In this document: positions 26,474 to 40,641 of the stretch, piece after piece
How positions within the stretch are numbered: position 1 is the stretch's first letter
Layout of the letters: each line of letters starts with the position of its first letter
Origin: Pseudovirgaria hyperparasitica
Taxonomy: Eukaryota
Reading direction: 5' to 3' (one strand)
DNA length: 64,000 bases
Assembly (NCBI GenBank): GCA_010093815.1
Contig: ML996565.1
Notes under the pieces: generated by a model
Databases searched by the model: none
What the model was told of the DNA's origin: nothing
Seen by the model: the letters and a program-made list of their open reading frames with translations, nothing else
Made by a program: the position numbers and the translations under genes

Positions 26474-27703
26474 AAGCAGCAGATCATATAAAAAGACAAG
26501 AACAAAAAAAGAGCCCTGACGCATCCCTCACCCCGGGGCGGGCGGGCGATAGGGCCTCAGACGCCCCTCTGAACTTTTTGTGAAGTTCGCGATGCGCGTC
26601 CTTTCGTGTGGGAGTCGCGTAGAGTGGTGGTATCTTGAGATGTTGTAAGCAGACTTGGAGTTGGGAGGGGGTGCGCCTCGTCGAGCCTGGCCCCTAACCC
26701 GATTGATGTTAGCTGTGGCTGGAGAGTTGGGGTATGTAGCTTGGCGCTCGGGTTTTGAGGTTCAGGCAGCAACTTTTTAGTATGCCGTAGCAGATGTGCA
26801 GAAAGGGCCAAAACTCTGGTTTTGTGAGTTACCACGAGGCAGGCGCGAACGAGCGGCACAGAAACGCGACGGCAGTCTTGTATAGTATCTGTTTGATTTC
26901 TATGATATGAATTTTATAATCTTGAACTTTATCATCACTATCCAGAACACTGCAGTCTGTGGGTAGTTTTGGCACGAACGGTCGTAGCACACACTACTTA
27001 CTCCACCGCCCATCCATTCCGGCAACGGCTATCTTAGCTACAAACCACAACACTTAGCACGAGCGGAGAATCTACCACTTCAAGACTGGGTGACACCGGT
27101 CGTACAGTAAATGTTTTCGAGTACAAGTAGTAAGCTACCAACTATCAGGAAAACGCATACACTGTTATGCTTGCGCAGACAAGAAAACGTAGATGTAAAT
27201 CCAACTCCTCAGTACATCGTATTCAGCCTGCACCAGTTACGATGAATCACCATAGCGTTATCACCTGCCTCTTCTGGACTGCCGCCTCGGCAACCTGATT
27301 TCCAAGGTATCCATCCCTCCATAGCACAACGTCCTCGAGCGCGCCAGACGCCTAGTAACGCCAAGATATACAAGAATGACCGTGTCCAGAACGTAAAGGA
27401 TATCGCGATCCGCTGCTGGTGTCCCGTGTGTGGAGCATGCCCAGGATGGTAGCGCCAATTCTCCGACATTATACGTGTCTTGCGGTAGAAGCATTGGTCA
27501 CGTCCTTTGTGCATGCTGCTCTTCTTGAAGTGCGACAGCATTCGTCATTTACTCTGAGCCCGTGGTTTTCTTGCGCCAGACTTGGTATCTGGAAGCGAGA
27601 GAGTCCGTCCTATGACTTGTCGACCGTCGATTCCGCGAATCCTTCATGTCAAGAAAGGTAATTGTCTTTTTTTTTTTCTTTTGACTCGATCCGTTCCAGA
27701 CCC

Positions 27704-29774
27704 TCACGTCTTGGGGTTGTCGCAAAAGTCCAGCTCGTCGGTGTCTCGGATGTCTCCAGAGCTGTCTGGTGGGGTCAACAGGTAGGTGCTGCTCTCCATG
27801 TCATCGACCCCTTGGCCGCCGTCAGGATGCTGCTCTGGACTGCCGAGGGATGGCGCGGCATCACCCCCCTTTTCAATCTCGCCACGGAGTAGCTTTTGCA
27901 GCCAGACAAAGTTGAGCACGACTTGGCGGTAATTGTCCCACCATCTGCTGCCAAAGAGGATGCCGCAGCGGCCCGTCTGCACGGCGTAGAAACGCTTCTG
28001 GGTGGCATTGACGGCGGCACCGACGCCGACAAGACTGATCCACAGATGGATGTAGGGCATGGTGGCCCATGCTTGGATGTCAAGATTCTTCAGCAGCTTG
28101 TGCAGCTCGGTGATGGGCTCGGCGTTGGCCGGGTCCGTAAGTGGGATCTCATGGACGACAGCGCGCAGGTAGACGGAGCCGGCAAGCCAGCACGCGCGAG
28201 CGATGCGAGCCATGACGGAAGCTCGCCTTTCCATGATGCCAACACTAGTACATGGCTCGGGAGGCAGGCGGATGGCGCCTCTGAGCGACGAAAGAGTGGC
28301 TCTCGTGCTCTCTTCAGACACCCTATGGTACTCCATGTAGAGCAGCTCGGTGGCGGTGAAGAGGTCGAAAAGCATCGTCTTGATGTCGGTGGTGAAGAGT
28401 TGGTGATCTTCAAGCACCTCGAGCGCTTCAGGCGAGCCTTGTTCGGCGTGTGAGGACGGCCATAGCAGGGGGCCACCAACAAAATAGGGCTCGCGCATGC
28501 CATCAGCGGCCTGGTGGAAAGTGCGCAGTTTGGGCGGGTCGACTGGGACGGAAAGGGGATCACGGTTTCGCTTTATGGAGTATATGGTTTCATAGCTGGG
28601 CGTGAATGTAAGTGAAAGACCAGAGGCGGTGGTTGACGTTGAATGCACACTTACCTCAGAGCGGAGCGAACGATGAATGGGCCGTAGGCAGGACTCTGTT
28701 CAGCCAGAGCGGCAGGACCACCCTTGCTCTTGACGTAGGCGAGGATGCCGTGGTAATGAGCCATGACGGCGCTCTCTGTTTCGGGAGTTCCATCACTGGC
28801 CAGTACCTGAAGAAAGCGCAGAGTGAGACCAAGGTCTGGGGGGAGCACGTGACGGGAGCACGACTCGACTTACCTCGTAGGTGAAAAAGGCGATGACGGA
28901 CAGGATGGTAGTCTCCTCGACCTCGGAGGCTTTGATCTTCTTGCTGAGGGCGTTGAGGGCGAGTGCCTTGTACTTTAGCAGATCGGTGGTTTCGCGCTCG
29001 CGGTAGATGTCAAGCTTCTGGGTGGCGACCAGGGCGATGGAGGTGAGCCATGCGGGATTGGTGAAGGACTCCTGTTGCAGTTGACCAGCAAAGGGCGAAT
29101 ACTCGGACTCTATGCCGGGACTGGCGACGGAATAGAGGCCCATGACTGGAGGGCGCAAGTATGAGTGTATGTACAGTGGAAGACATAGCAAAGGGAGAGA
29201 GAGAGAGAGACTCACACTCGTAGTAGCGATTGAAGAACTGCATCATGCGTCGTCTGCTAAAGGGCATGGAGGTGAATTCGGCAGCGGTACCGGTAAGCTG
29301 GCCGCTAGGAGAGGAGCAGCAGGTGGGGGCAACGGCTACTACTGCTGCAGAGCTGGACGTTGCGGAGGTGGAGGCGGAGGTGTGGTCGGATTGTAGGAGG
29401 AGGTGTGGAGCAGTGCTGCTGGAGTGACGGTCATCGTCATGCTCCTCCCGACGGCGGATTTCCATCTCCACTTGCTCATCCTGATCCTCAGGGATTACTT
29501 TCTTCTTGCCCCTCGGGTTCCTCTTTGTCTTTGAGGTAAGCGGGCGGGCTTTGCGTGGTGGAGGTGGGTCTGGCTTATGCTGCTGCTGCTGCTGGGCCTT
29601 GTCGGAGCCGGCGTGCTGCAGCTGTTCTTGTTGTTGTTGCTGTTGCTGTTGCTGCTGCTCGAGGAGGGTGCGACGCTTCTTCATCTGTTCGCGGGTGACG
29701 TGCGAACGAACACTCTTCATGCTCGGGGCATCGAGGGTGGTGCCTGACTGGACGACAAACGAAAAGTTCCGCAT
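27704..29774 (-). CDS. Fungal-specific transcription-factor-domain-like protein lacking a Zn2Cys6 cluster
   Basis: N-terminus FSFVVQS...KSVRSHVTR and polyQ. The helical domain has YKALALNALSKKI, HYHGILAYVKSKGG and LHLWISLVG-like segments. Three GT-AG introns at ~29215-29146, ~28874-28807 and ~28654-28595. Confidence 0.72.
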
Positions 29775-29937
29775 GGTCGCGTCGAGACGTACAGGCAGGC
29801 AGGCAGACAGACAGGCAGACGATCAATGGTGAAGCAGAAGAAGACGAAGACGAAGATGGGGAGGGTAGAGAGGAGGCGAGAGGACTGGGGGGGTTGAGGC
29901 AGTGTTGAATGTAATGGATAGATTAATTTACCTTTTG

Positions 29938-29998
29938 GCACACACACACACACACACACAAACACACGCGCACACACACACGCACGCACGCACACACA
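29938..29998. repeat. Imperfect (CA)n/(CACG)n microsatellite in the 5' region of the TF-like gene
   Basis: Read directly. Confidence 0.92.
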
Positions 29999-31466
29999 TA
30001 ACCACCACCTCCTCCTCCTCCTCCGAGACACGCCTCGTGGAAGAAGAGCTTAGTCAAGGGTGCAACGGCCAAACGTAGACTTGCAGGGAGGAGGTGTGCG
30101 TACAGCAGCAGGGCATAGATGAGGATTATGGTGTGTAGGAGTGAGAGTGGTGCAGTTAGTTGTAGTAGTGTATGTAGTGCAGTAGGTACAGGTAGGTAAT
30201 AGTACCCGGTACCTAGTCCAAGAGCAGAATTACGCTTTGCTGGCGTTTATCTAGCCTGCTCTCTTTGCCAGGATGTAATGATTAATAGATCAAACAAACC
30301 GTTTTGCCGTAGAAGGTCGAGAAGGCTTGGGAGAACAGGGTGTCAGACAGTAATTAGTGAATTAGTGTAGTGTCTGTCTTTAATTAGTGCGCGCCATTTA
30401 CCCGGCCGCATGTAGGGTCGCTGCCCTTGAGCCTTGAGGACTGCACTCCACTGCAGGTCAAGCCGCGCAAGGCTACGGTAGGTCCGTCGGTAGGTAGGTA
30501 GGTAGGTATTAGGCAAACCTGTAACCGTCCTGGCCAGCATGCACCAGCTAATTAATTAATTAATTACCATCTAATAATCATCTCCAAGAAAGTAAAAAGA
30601 GCCCTTACTTTTATCACTCTTTTACTTTGCAGCCAATCATCCTATCTCTAGCCCGTGCCGTCCAATCATTGTCTTGTTCTTGTGTGTGCTACCTGACCTG
30701 CCTACGCGCCCTGCCACGCCTTGTGCTGTGCCCTAACATCCATCTATGCATGCATGTATGTACACTGCTGGCCTACACTACCCTACTCCCACCACTACTA
30801 ATTACTACCACCACTACTACCACCAACCACCACCACTACCCCGTCCCTTTATCCACTGCCCCACAAACTCTACCACTGACTCATACAACAGCCAACACAT
30901 CGCATCGTTCCACCTCTCCACGTGAGAAGTAATAATAGTATTAATTGCTAGTATATAATAATTAGCCATGATCATCTACAGTATGTACAAAGCTAGGCTG
31001 GCCCACCACCCCAAGAACCACGCCTCCACGCCTCCACACGCCCTCCAGATGAATATTATATCCCGGTCCCGCATCACGCACGCACGCACTCGTCACATAT
31101 CACCACCACCAGCAACAAGGATCTACGTCGTCGCAAAGAAGCGATCGGCATTCGTCTAGAAGAAACGAGCGATCTCATCATGCCTTTGCTATGCCTTTGC
31201 TATGCCGCTTTCACTCCGACTTCACTCCGACTGAAGGGTCCTCTCCCCTTACCCCTCCAATCCCAGCACAATGAGCTGTTTGTTTGTCTGTGTCGTGGTA
31301 GGTATGTACTACTAATTAGTTTAGTGTACTTCCCTTCCTCTGTCTCTGCATCCTCTCCATTGTGCATGGAAACGCAGTCTGCCGTCTCCTGTCTGCGGCC
31401 TCGAGGCGGCGTTGCACCTGGAACATATTTACACGCAACACAACACACATACATCAACAGCATTAG

Positions 31467-31917
<451 letters not shown>

Positions 31918-32315
31918 TAGCTGGCTAGCTAGCTAATTAGCTAGACAATGGAGGAACCGTCTCGAATCGGATTGGAATGGAATGGAATGACTGATCATCA
32001 TCGTCGTCGTCGTCAACGTCCAAGACAGGCATCTATCGCGAACTGATGGTGCTTGCAAGTACCCTTTTCTGCTGCTGCTCTCTCCACTGGCTGTTGGATG
32101 GAGGTCAATCGTGTATCCTGACTTGGGGGTGCTCCTGCTGGCACTTGTCGTGCTGGTTCCTTCCCTTTACCATCCATAATAGATCATAGCTACCACCATC
32201 GCCATCATCGTCGTCGTCCATGTTGCCATTAGTGCCCGTATCCCCATCCATCCAGCAGCTTCCCATATCTCGTGCATCCAGATCTCATGCATCCATTGAA
32301 GCACACATAACACCT

Positions 32316-33014
32316 CTACCTCCCAAGCGCCGGATCAATATTCCCTCCATCCACCATCATCTGCTGCTGCTGCTGCTCCTCTTCGCCATCCTCTCCCGAC
32401 GACACGCCATCTTGTTCTTGTTGTTGTTCTTGTCCATGCAAACCGCCCTGTGCGCCCATCAACGCTGGATGCTGCTGCTGCTGCTGCTGCTGCTCCTGAA
32501 GCATCGCCTCCGCAACAGAAACAGAACCAGAAACAGAAACAGAAACAGAAACAGAGCCATCCAAGCCTACAGCCCCGTCCATGTTGACTCCCCCACCTCC
32601 ATACTCCTCCTGAGCCTCCCGATGATATTGACGATGTTGACGACGACGATGATGATCCGCCACCAAACCACACACCCCCTCATCCCGCCGATCCTGCCCA
32701 GCACCAGCACCACCAAACACCACCCCCGCATCCCCATCCCCATCATCATCACCACCACCACCCCCAACCTTCCCCCCCTCACCAGCACAACCACCCTTCC
32801 TCGGCCTCCCCGACCGCGGCGCATCAACAACAAACTCCTTGCGCACACACATCGACCGCGCAGGATCAAACCCACGCTCCCGCGCCCGCTTAAACAAATC
32901 CTGCACCCCACGCGCCGAAATGCCCGTCTGCGCCGTAATCGCCGCATTGGAGAAGCCGTTGATCTTGAGCGTCAGGGCCTGGGCGCGCGTGGTGATGTCG
33001 TAGGAGGGGGCCAT
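32316..33014 (-). CDS. Tc1/mariner-transposase-type N-terminal HTH protein with low-complexity tail and no DDE domain
   Basis: MAPSYDITTRAQALTLK...AITAQTGISARGVQDLFKRARERGFDP...VVDAPRSGRPRK resembles fungal Tc1-like DNA-binding domains ending in GRPR. It is followed by G/D/Q-rich and (SV)n sequence. Confidence 0.7.
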   Translation of the reverse strand: MAPSYDITTRAQALTLKINGFSNAAITAQTGISARGVQDLFKRARERGFDPARSMCVRKEFVVDAPRSGRPRKGGCAGEGGKVGGGGGDDDGDGDAGVVFGGAGAGQDRRDEGVCGLVADHHRRRQHRQYHREAQEEYGGGGVNMDGAVGLDGSVSVSVSVSGSVSVAEAMLQEQQQQQQQHPALMGAQGGLHGQEQQQEQDGVSSGEDGEEEQQQQQMMVDGGNIDPALGR

Positions 33015-33627
33015 GATGCTTGTTCGTCATTGTTTTGGTTTTTAGGGGAAGGGTCTTTTTTTGGAAGTTTACAGGTTGATTAGCTAGTTAGCCTGTTTGA
33101 TTAGGTGGGTAAATGTTTTAGAGTGTGAAGAGCGGGTCCGGGTCGGGTCGGGGTCACGTGGTGGGCTTTGCTCCGGGCAGGAAGCAGGCAGATTGGTAGG
33201 CGCCGTAGGTACAGTGATACTGTACAGTACAGTACAGTGCAGCACAGGTACCTAGTCATCACTCTACACATCAAGTAAATACTTTAACAATCACTGTAAC
33301 TGTCAGGCACGCACACAGGCACGCACGCAGGTCGTCGCTCATTCCCAACGTACGTAGAAACCAAGCAAATGTCAACTTTAAGAAACCACCGGGTCGTCTG
33401 GCTTCAAAGGAACAAAACAACCCGCTTTCCCTTTCCCTTCTTCCCTCCTCCTCCCTCGACCTCCCCCACTCGCGGAGAGACAAAAATGCCAGCATGCAAA
33501 AAAGAAACAAACAACAAACGGGCTTTGGAAAGACTAGATATGTAGACATACGCAAGTCCATATAGCACATTATTGTGCCCCCGAAAAAAAAACTTAACAC
33601 CACGCAATTTTTTTAAAGCCAGCCAAG

Positions 33628-36600
33628 TCAGCGCCGCGAACTCTGCATCTCACCGTACCGGCCGCGCTCGCGCGTCGTGTCGTACGCCTGCAGCACGCGA
33701 GCCTGCGACTCGTCCGTCTGCGAAAAGGCATAGCCGCGTTGCTTGCGCATGCGCTGCACCTGGCGGACCTTGCGGATGGCTTTTTGGAATTGCTCCATTC
33801 TGCATTGTTGTCGATGGACTGGTTAGCTGGCTACTTCAAAGGCAAACAATGGGATACATGAATGCATGGCAACGACTGACCTGGGTCGGTAATCCTGGAT
33901 GTTGTATTTCTGAATCTCTTGCACGTGGTGGTAGGACTGTGGGTAGTACATGCGTTTGGCACTGTTGTGTGTTGTTAGGTATGCACCACGAGTACGGAGA
34001 GGTGCCGACTTACTATTTCCACGCGTAGTCTCGCAGCAGACAGAGCACGGGCAGGACCACGATCAGGCCCCAGTAGACCGGCGTGCTGAAGAGCACCGGA
34101 ATCACACCGTGCCACTCCTCGCTGAACGGAATCATCGGCGCCACCGTCGCGTAGATGGGCCATAGCACCATCCAGATGATGAAACTGCCGGGAATCGCGA
34201 TGAGCGTGTACTTTGTCCACGTGTTGACGACCAGCGCTGCTTTGCCGAGGACGGTGAGCAGGGCTGCCGTGTAGAGCGCTCCGCCCCAGACCCAATGCCC
34301 TGCCACACGGCCGTCGCCCATCGGCAGATCCCACAGCCAGATTGCTTGCCCGACAAAGTAGATGATGAGCGAATGATAGAAGCCATTTGCCATCCAGGAC
34401 CAGAAGCTGTGCATCTTGAAAAACGTGCCCTTTTGCGTGAGTTGATAGAGCTGTGGATATCTGTCCAGCAGTCGGGCAGACACGAACTGGTCAAAGATAC
34501 CCAGTGCGAACGGGGGGAGGAAACTGAAGAAGACGTTGTAAAAGGACAGGATCCACGACTCGTAGATGACCTGTCCAGAGAATGCGTTCTGGAAGGAGTA
34601 CCAGAATTGTGTCATGAAAAGCACAACGTTCTTGTAAAACGAAAACAGAATCACTCGGCTGATGCGCTGGTTGCTCCACGCACCGTGCACGAGCAGCAGT
34701 TTGCGGAGATATCGAAACTGCCCAATGGCCACGTCGGCGCTACGCGCTGCTTGAAGACCCTCCATACCACTGATACCGACACCGACATGCGCGGCTTGGA
34801 TCATAGACACGTCGTTGGCACCATCGCCAATCGCGAGCAGAATGGCTTTCAGGTGCCGCTTGACCAGCTTCACAACAAGAGCCTTCTGCAGGGGCGAGAC
34901 GCGGCAACAGATGACTGCCTTGCACATGACGGCCAGGTCCAAGAACATCTTCTCCATATCACGTTCCAGGGCGTACGTCAAGGACTTGCCATCGATGACA
35001 AGCGCCAGGACGTCCATCTCGGCACCACCCATGTTCTGAGATTGTATAGCCTTCAGTTTCTTCGAAATGTTGTCCCTCGTGGCTTCTGCAGTCTCCTCGT
35101 TGATGATCAGTAGCGTCATGTCCTCACTGACCAATTTACAACTCATGCCGATGTTGATGGCGGTCTCTTGTCGATCGCCGGTCAGCACCCAGACTTTGAT
35201 CCCGGCGTTCTGGAGTGTGTGGATGGTGTCCGGCACACCTTCTTGCAACTTGTCCTCAATTGCAGTTGCACCCAGAAGGGTGAGGTCGTGTTCGATGAGC
35301 TCGGCGGCCTTGTCCAGCTCCTCTGCCCTGTTACCACTGACGGTAGTCTGGGCAGTGTTGAAGACCCTGTGCCATTCCCTGTATTCGTCCTCGGGCACCT
35401 CGCGCATCGCAAGACACAGTGTGCGCAGACCGTCCGCGGCGTATTCTTCTAGGTGCTGCAACGTTGTTTCCACAATTGAATTATCCTTTGATAGACGCTC
35501 AAGAATGACCGTATCGGCTCCCTTGCAGTACACGCGAATCTTGCCATCGGGACATCTGAAGATAGTCGACATTCTCTTCCGTGTCGAGTTGAATTCGCAA
35601 ACAGCGAGAAGCTCGTATTCTTGCTCTCTTCCATCCGCAGTAATGGTTACAGCACGAGGCTTGCGAGCGATAAACCTGTATCCAAGTTGAACAGCGCCTT
35701 CTACTAGAGCACCCTCGTCTGGAGACGCTGCCTGGTACTTGATCGTGTCTTTCTCCTCATTTCTTTCGGGGATGACCGTGTGACAGGTGGCGAGTAAGGT
35801 TAGAAATTGGTTGATGAGCTCCCTACTTGGGTGGTCTCGCTTATTCTCCTGCAACTTCTTAAAGTCGTGGATACCAATCTCGACGCCGTCTTCCATTGTG
35901 GCTCTCCTGTCTTCTGGAATGTCTTCACCGTATTGAATCCCGCCAATTGTGCACTGTCTAAACTCCATTTGATTACAGGTCAATGTGCCCGTCTTATCCG
36001 AGAAGATGTATTCAATCTGCCCGAGCTCTTCTACCAGGGAAGACGTTCGACAATTCGCCGCAGTATTGGTTTTCTCGTAGAACATGTCCAAATCAGAGCT
36101 AATGAGGCCAGCCAGGTAGAGCTTGACAATCTCAATCGTAACGAACAAGGATAGTGGGACCAAGTTGGCGTAAAGCACCCAGTATGTGAATATGTCGAGG
36201 AAGAATTGCTTAACTTGGCCAGTGACTGTGGTCGGTTGATAGTTCAGGTATTCGAGCTTCTCAAACCCAGTGCTGCGCACTATAATGTCTCCGATAGTAC
36301 TGATGATACTCAGTGTGATCAGAACCACACCAAGCATAAGGACCTGTTTGTTGACCATCTTCTGCACATTAGTCGTCTTGATAGGAGTTGCGGTGGCGTT
36401 TCTCATCAACTTCGTTTCGTGGCCGGTGAAAACAACTACACCGTGGATCCACTGTGTGTTGCGCAGGGTTGCGCCTCTAAGAAGGAGCTGATCTGGAGCC
36501 AGTGATAGTTCCTTCTCCCCACCCCCAACAGGTATCGTCAACGTCGCTTCGTACGTGTACAGGCTGCTGTTGGGCTGTTCCGATCGGATCCTGCCACTTA

Positions 36601-37837
36601 GACGGCTGAGATCAGCCGGGCTAACGAGGTCGGCACTCTCCGGAATTCCTTGTTTGATCTTTAGATTTGTTTCGCCGTCAAGATTGGCCGTTTCGATATA
36701 ACAAAGACCCTCAGGCTCGGAGCTGGCGAGCAGAACCAGATCTGCTGGGAACGGTTCCTCCGAATCAACCCTGACGATATCTCCCACTTTCACGTTCAGC
36801 CACTTGGTCTCCTGAAAGCTCGACCCCTTCAGGACCCGCGTCTTCGAATTGTTCAAAATGCTGTCTTGTGCTTTGCGCCTGTAGTCTTCGACGTATTCCT
36901 TGACAGCAGAGACCGTGAGCACGATTGCGAGAGGTACGATTGTCGTATATCGGTTCGTTGGCGAGACATTGGGGATCTGTTGTAAGATTGCGGTGAATAA
37001 GAAAAACAGGTTGGCGTATTGGGAGAACTGCTCGAGGAGGAATTTGGGGAGGAAAGTGATGACACTGTACTTTGCTGTCGAGACATGATTGTCGACAGCT
37101 TTCAGTTCCAGATTGGCGGGAGGATTGTTCAGGTGTATTATGCGAGGCCCAAGAGTGGACGGATCGACTTTTCCTCGGCCAAATCCAAACAAGAAGCCTC
37201 CACCCGACGAATTCTTCTTCGTTGATGTGTTTTGACTATCGCCCGAGGAGCGTGCAGCATCGCCTCTTGTTGCTCTTGCGCCGGCTTCAGTCAACGGCAA
37301 GTCCATCTCAGAGTATTGCGGGCCCATGCCGACCATATTCTTCACCCGGCCCAACATTCCGCCGCCCAAGCTCAAGATACTGTTTCTATTTCTCGCATCA
37401 TGCACGCCTTGTGGGAGAGGAGTAGCCGGGTCGTCGATGCCTCCAGAGGCATAGTATCCACGCATTGATTGATCGTCGTCGTGCAGGCCTTCGTGATCGG
37501 AGTATCTCTGGTAGTTGTTTAGATCTGACGTCTGCGAGTATAGTCGGTTACGTCCAGTAGAATATGGTAATGTTTCTGGTCCGCCTGGTAAGCCTTGTCC
37601 GTGACCTCCACGCTCGTGCTGTGGTCCACCTCCTACAAAATCGTCATATGATACGGAAGGGCGGGGCTGCGGTTCATGGGGCGTCTCGGAATCATCAATG
37701 TTGTAGCGGCGGAGGAGGTCTTCATCTCGGACTGGAGGTTGCTGGCCGGAGGAGTAGTATGAGCGATTGTCCTCAAGATCTAAAAGTAGGTCATCATTGT
37801 TGGACTGTGGATGACCGCCATGCGGCCGGTCCGTCAT
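33628..37837 (-). CDS. DRS2: P4-type phospholipid-transporting ATPase (flippase), Drs2/DnfB type
   Basis: YIETANLDGETNLK, SDKTGTLT, WVLTGDRQETA and GDGANDVSM. Two 3' introns add YYPQSYHHVQEIQKYN and RKQRGYAFSQ. Stop at 33628-33630. Confidence 0.97.
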
Positions 37838-38518
37838 TGTGCAAAGGAGTCCTCAAGGGAGCTCTCTTTATTGCCGATGAATCATTCAGCCTAGGCTGCA
37901 CCCCTTTCGTTTGCTTTTGTTGCTGCAATGTTATGTAGTTGCGGTTGATGCGAAGATTATTCCGCTCCTGAAGCTCCACCGAAGCCTCCGCAGACACCCC
38001 TGTCAACCGTGCAAGGCGTAGGCCGGAGCGGTACTCAACGGTGCGGTAGCGGGAGTGGACGAAGTGCTGATTCGAGCTTCGCAAGTCGTAAAATCGAGGT
38101 GAGGTTGGGTATATTTTGTGGGTGTCTGTCTGTCGATTCTGCGATGCTGATTGAGGTCAGATCTCCTTGGGGGCCTCGCTGAGCGCGTCAGGGTCGTAGG
38201 CGCAGCCGCGCTTGGCAAAGACTATTGATTGACACAGCCAGCGGCGCAGTACCATCTATAACTTGCTTGCCAGCGACCCGAAATGCGCAAAATGTCAGAC
38301 ATCTCAAGAATACCTTGATCGCTGTGCGCTGTGAAATAGCTATGTTTGTCATGCACGCATTCACTAGGCACATGCAGGGTGTGTGGAGTGTTGAAGCCGG
38401 TAATGCGACAGTTCTGCAATGAACGTCCAGAGGACACATTCCATACAAAGGAATACACATTCCTCTATTTACACTTCATGCAGTCTATTCTACAAATAAT
38501 ACATATGCTCACCGTACA

Positions 38519-39644
38519 TTATCGATCCGCTAGCATGTCATGGATCGCTTTCCAGTACTTGGGCGACACCAAAGGCTGCACTTCTTCTTTAGCCAGCCAA
38601 CAGAAATCCTGGACGCCCAACACGCTATCCTCAACGTTCGCTTGTCCTGCGAATATGCGCGCCTTCATGTAGAAGGTCTTCTCTCCGAGCTTCTCAATGC
38701 CATTGGTGGTCACCGGATTGGCGAGGGTTTCAGCATAGTGGCCTACGGGGACATTGCCAATGACCCACGTGTTCATGTTGAGCCCGCCGGTTTCCACAAT
38801 AATACGCTCTGCCGCCTGTGGAATTCTGTTAGTGAATTCTTAAGAGGAATACGGCTCTGACATACTCGGTGCAACCTCTCGAAGCCATCCACTGGTGCTT
38901 CAGGTAAGCTCCATCGGCCCCGCTGGTCCTTCACCAGGAGATAGAGTGTACGTTGAAGTAATCTATTGAGGCTTTTCTGGTCATTCCTTTTGTCCGCTTC
39001 GGTAACACGAGGTGCTGGCCGCTGGACTTGCTCGTGTTTGACAGCACCTTCTTGATTCTCGTCCAGATCCGGCAACTCCGCATCATGTAGAAGTGCATCA
39101 AGCTGATGTTCTGGCTCGCTCTCCTTTGCACCAACAAGTAGCTCATCGTGCCATCCCTCCGCGCCGTACGCATGATATTTGCCAATGTCCTTTGCGAACG
39201 TTAAGCGCTCTTTCCGCTTCTTCTTTTCGTCTCTATCTAAAGGTGTATTCTTCTTGTACCACAAATACTTCGTGAACGGCATGGCTAGCCGTTCGTTAAG
39301 TCGACGCTGATACAGGTAGAAGGCTTTTTCGAAAGGATGGAGGTCGCGTGTGATCATAGGGGCCCGGGAAAGAACGACACCGGTACGGACCTCAAACATT
39401 CGTTTTGGCGCGGCATTCTCGGAGCTCAGAGATGTAGAGGACATCGAAGTAGGGGCTTCCGCTACTGCTGCTGCTGCGGCTTGCGCGTAATGCCGTCGAG
39501 TGATGCTTAGTCTACAAGTAAAGCAGACACTGTCGGCTGAGGGCGAACCTGAGATGTTGATGAGCACGAAGCCGGTACTGCAGTGGATGTATACTCACCA
39601 GCCTTGATGGCCAGCCGACGTGCTGAAGCCTGTCCGGCATTCAT
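38519..39644 (-). CDS. MRPL17: Mitochondrial large ribosomal subunit protein mL46 (yeast MRPL17)
   Basis: VVLSRAPMITRDLHPFEKAFY, DQKSLNRLLQRTLYLLVK, EKTFYMKARIFAGQ and DFCWLAKEE. ATG at 39644 and two short introns. Confidence 0.92.
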
Positions 39645-40641
39645 TGGAGAACGACGATAGCTGAACTGCTAAGGTATGACGGTCAAAAAGTTCCATCGAG
39701 ATGGGTATTCAGTCACCCAGCTTAGCGTGAAAATCCATATTACTAAGCAGAATCTTCCCTCAAAGTAATAATTTTTGTTGCCAACAATCATTTTCTTCTC
39801 TCCACGGCTTTTTCCTTATCACCAAGTGCTTCAATCGCGCGTCGGTATATTGGTCATTCATACGAGCCAAGATGTAACTGAGCAGACTTTTTCGCTAGCT
39901 GTACCTTCACCAACCTCAAGGCGTACCGTTAGATAGATCCTGCTCACATTCTCTAGTCTCACTCCACGCTCAATGGCTTGACTGTTACACTTCCGGTGAA
40001 GTTCAGGCGGAGTCGTCCGAGGAGCCATCATACCTATCACTGCCGTTGCGCTAGGTGTTACTTCCTGCTGTCTGTCCGTCAAATCCTATTTGGTGAAGCT
40101 CTCCTTGTAGCAGTATTTGGTGACTTCCAAAGGCCTGATCCGTATCGAAGGACACCATGAACAGTACGCATTCAGACAGACCTGCAGTCTTCTTGGTTGC
40201 CTACGCCTGCTCACATGCAGATGGCTCAAGCCAGAGCTGGAAAGCAGGCGCGTGAAACCGTACCGTATGGAATTACATCAAGTTGTAACGGTACCGTTTC
40301 ACCGCGCACATTTGTAGCGAGAACATAAGTGGAACGACGAGATGAGGTAGCAAACACGTAGACGGTCCCAAACTCCAAAAGCCATTCCTGGTGTCAATTA
40401 CTTGCTTTATCAACAGGAACAAACAAAAGTAGTGGAAAATCACTTATATACCACCTAATACCTATACTTTTGCAGGCTTCATGACGCCAAGCCTGATCTT
40501 TACCCCAGCTCCCGTCTTCATAAGTTCATGACTAGGGCTGCAGCTGCAGCTGCATCTCGTGTTAACGCTGGTTTCTTGCAGGCGTGAAGGTGCCTTTGCG
40601 CCTTTGCACCTCGACAGACTCTCTCCCAGCAGTTGTCCGCC

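Noticed and set aside
32220..33083. 287-aa + strand ORF
   Set aside because: Antisense shadow of the HTH gene, with repeat-derived polyL and (RN)n.
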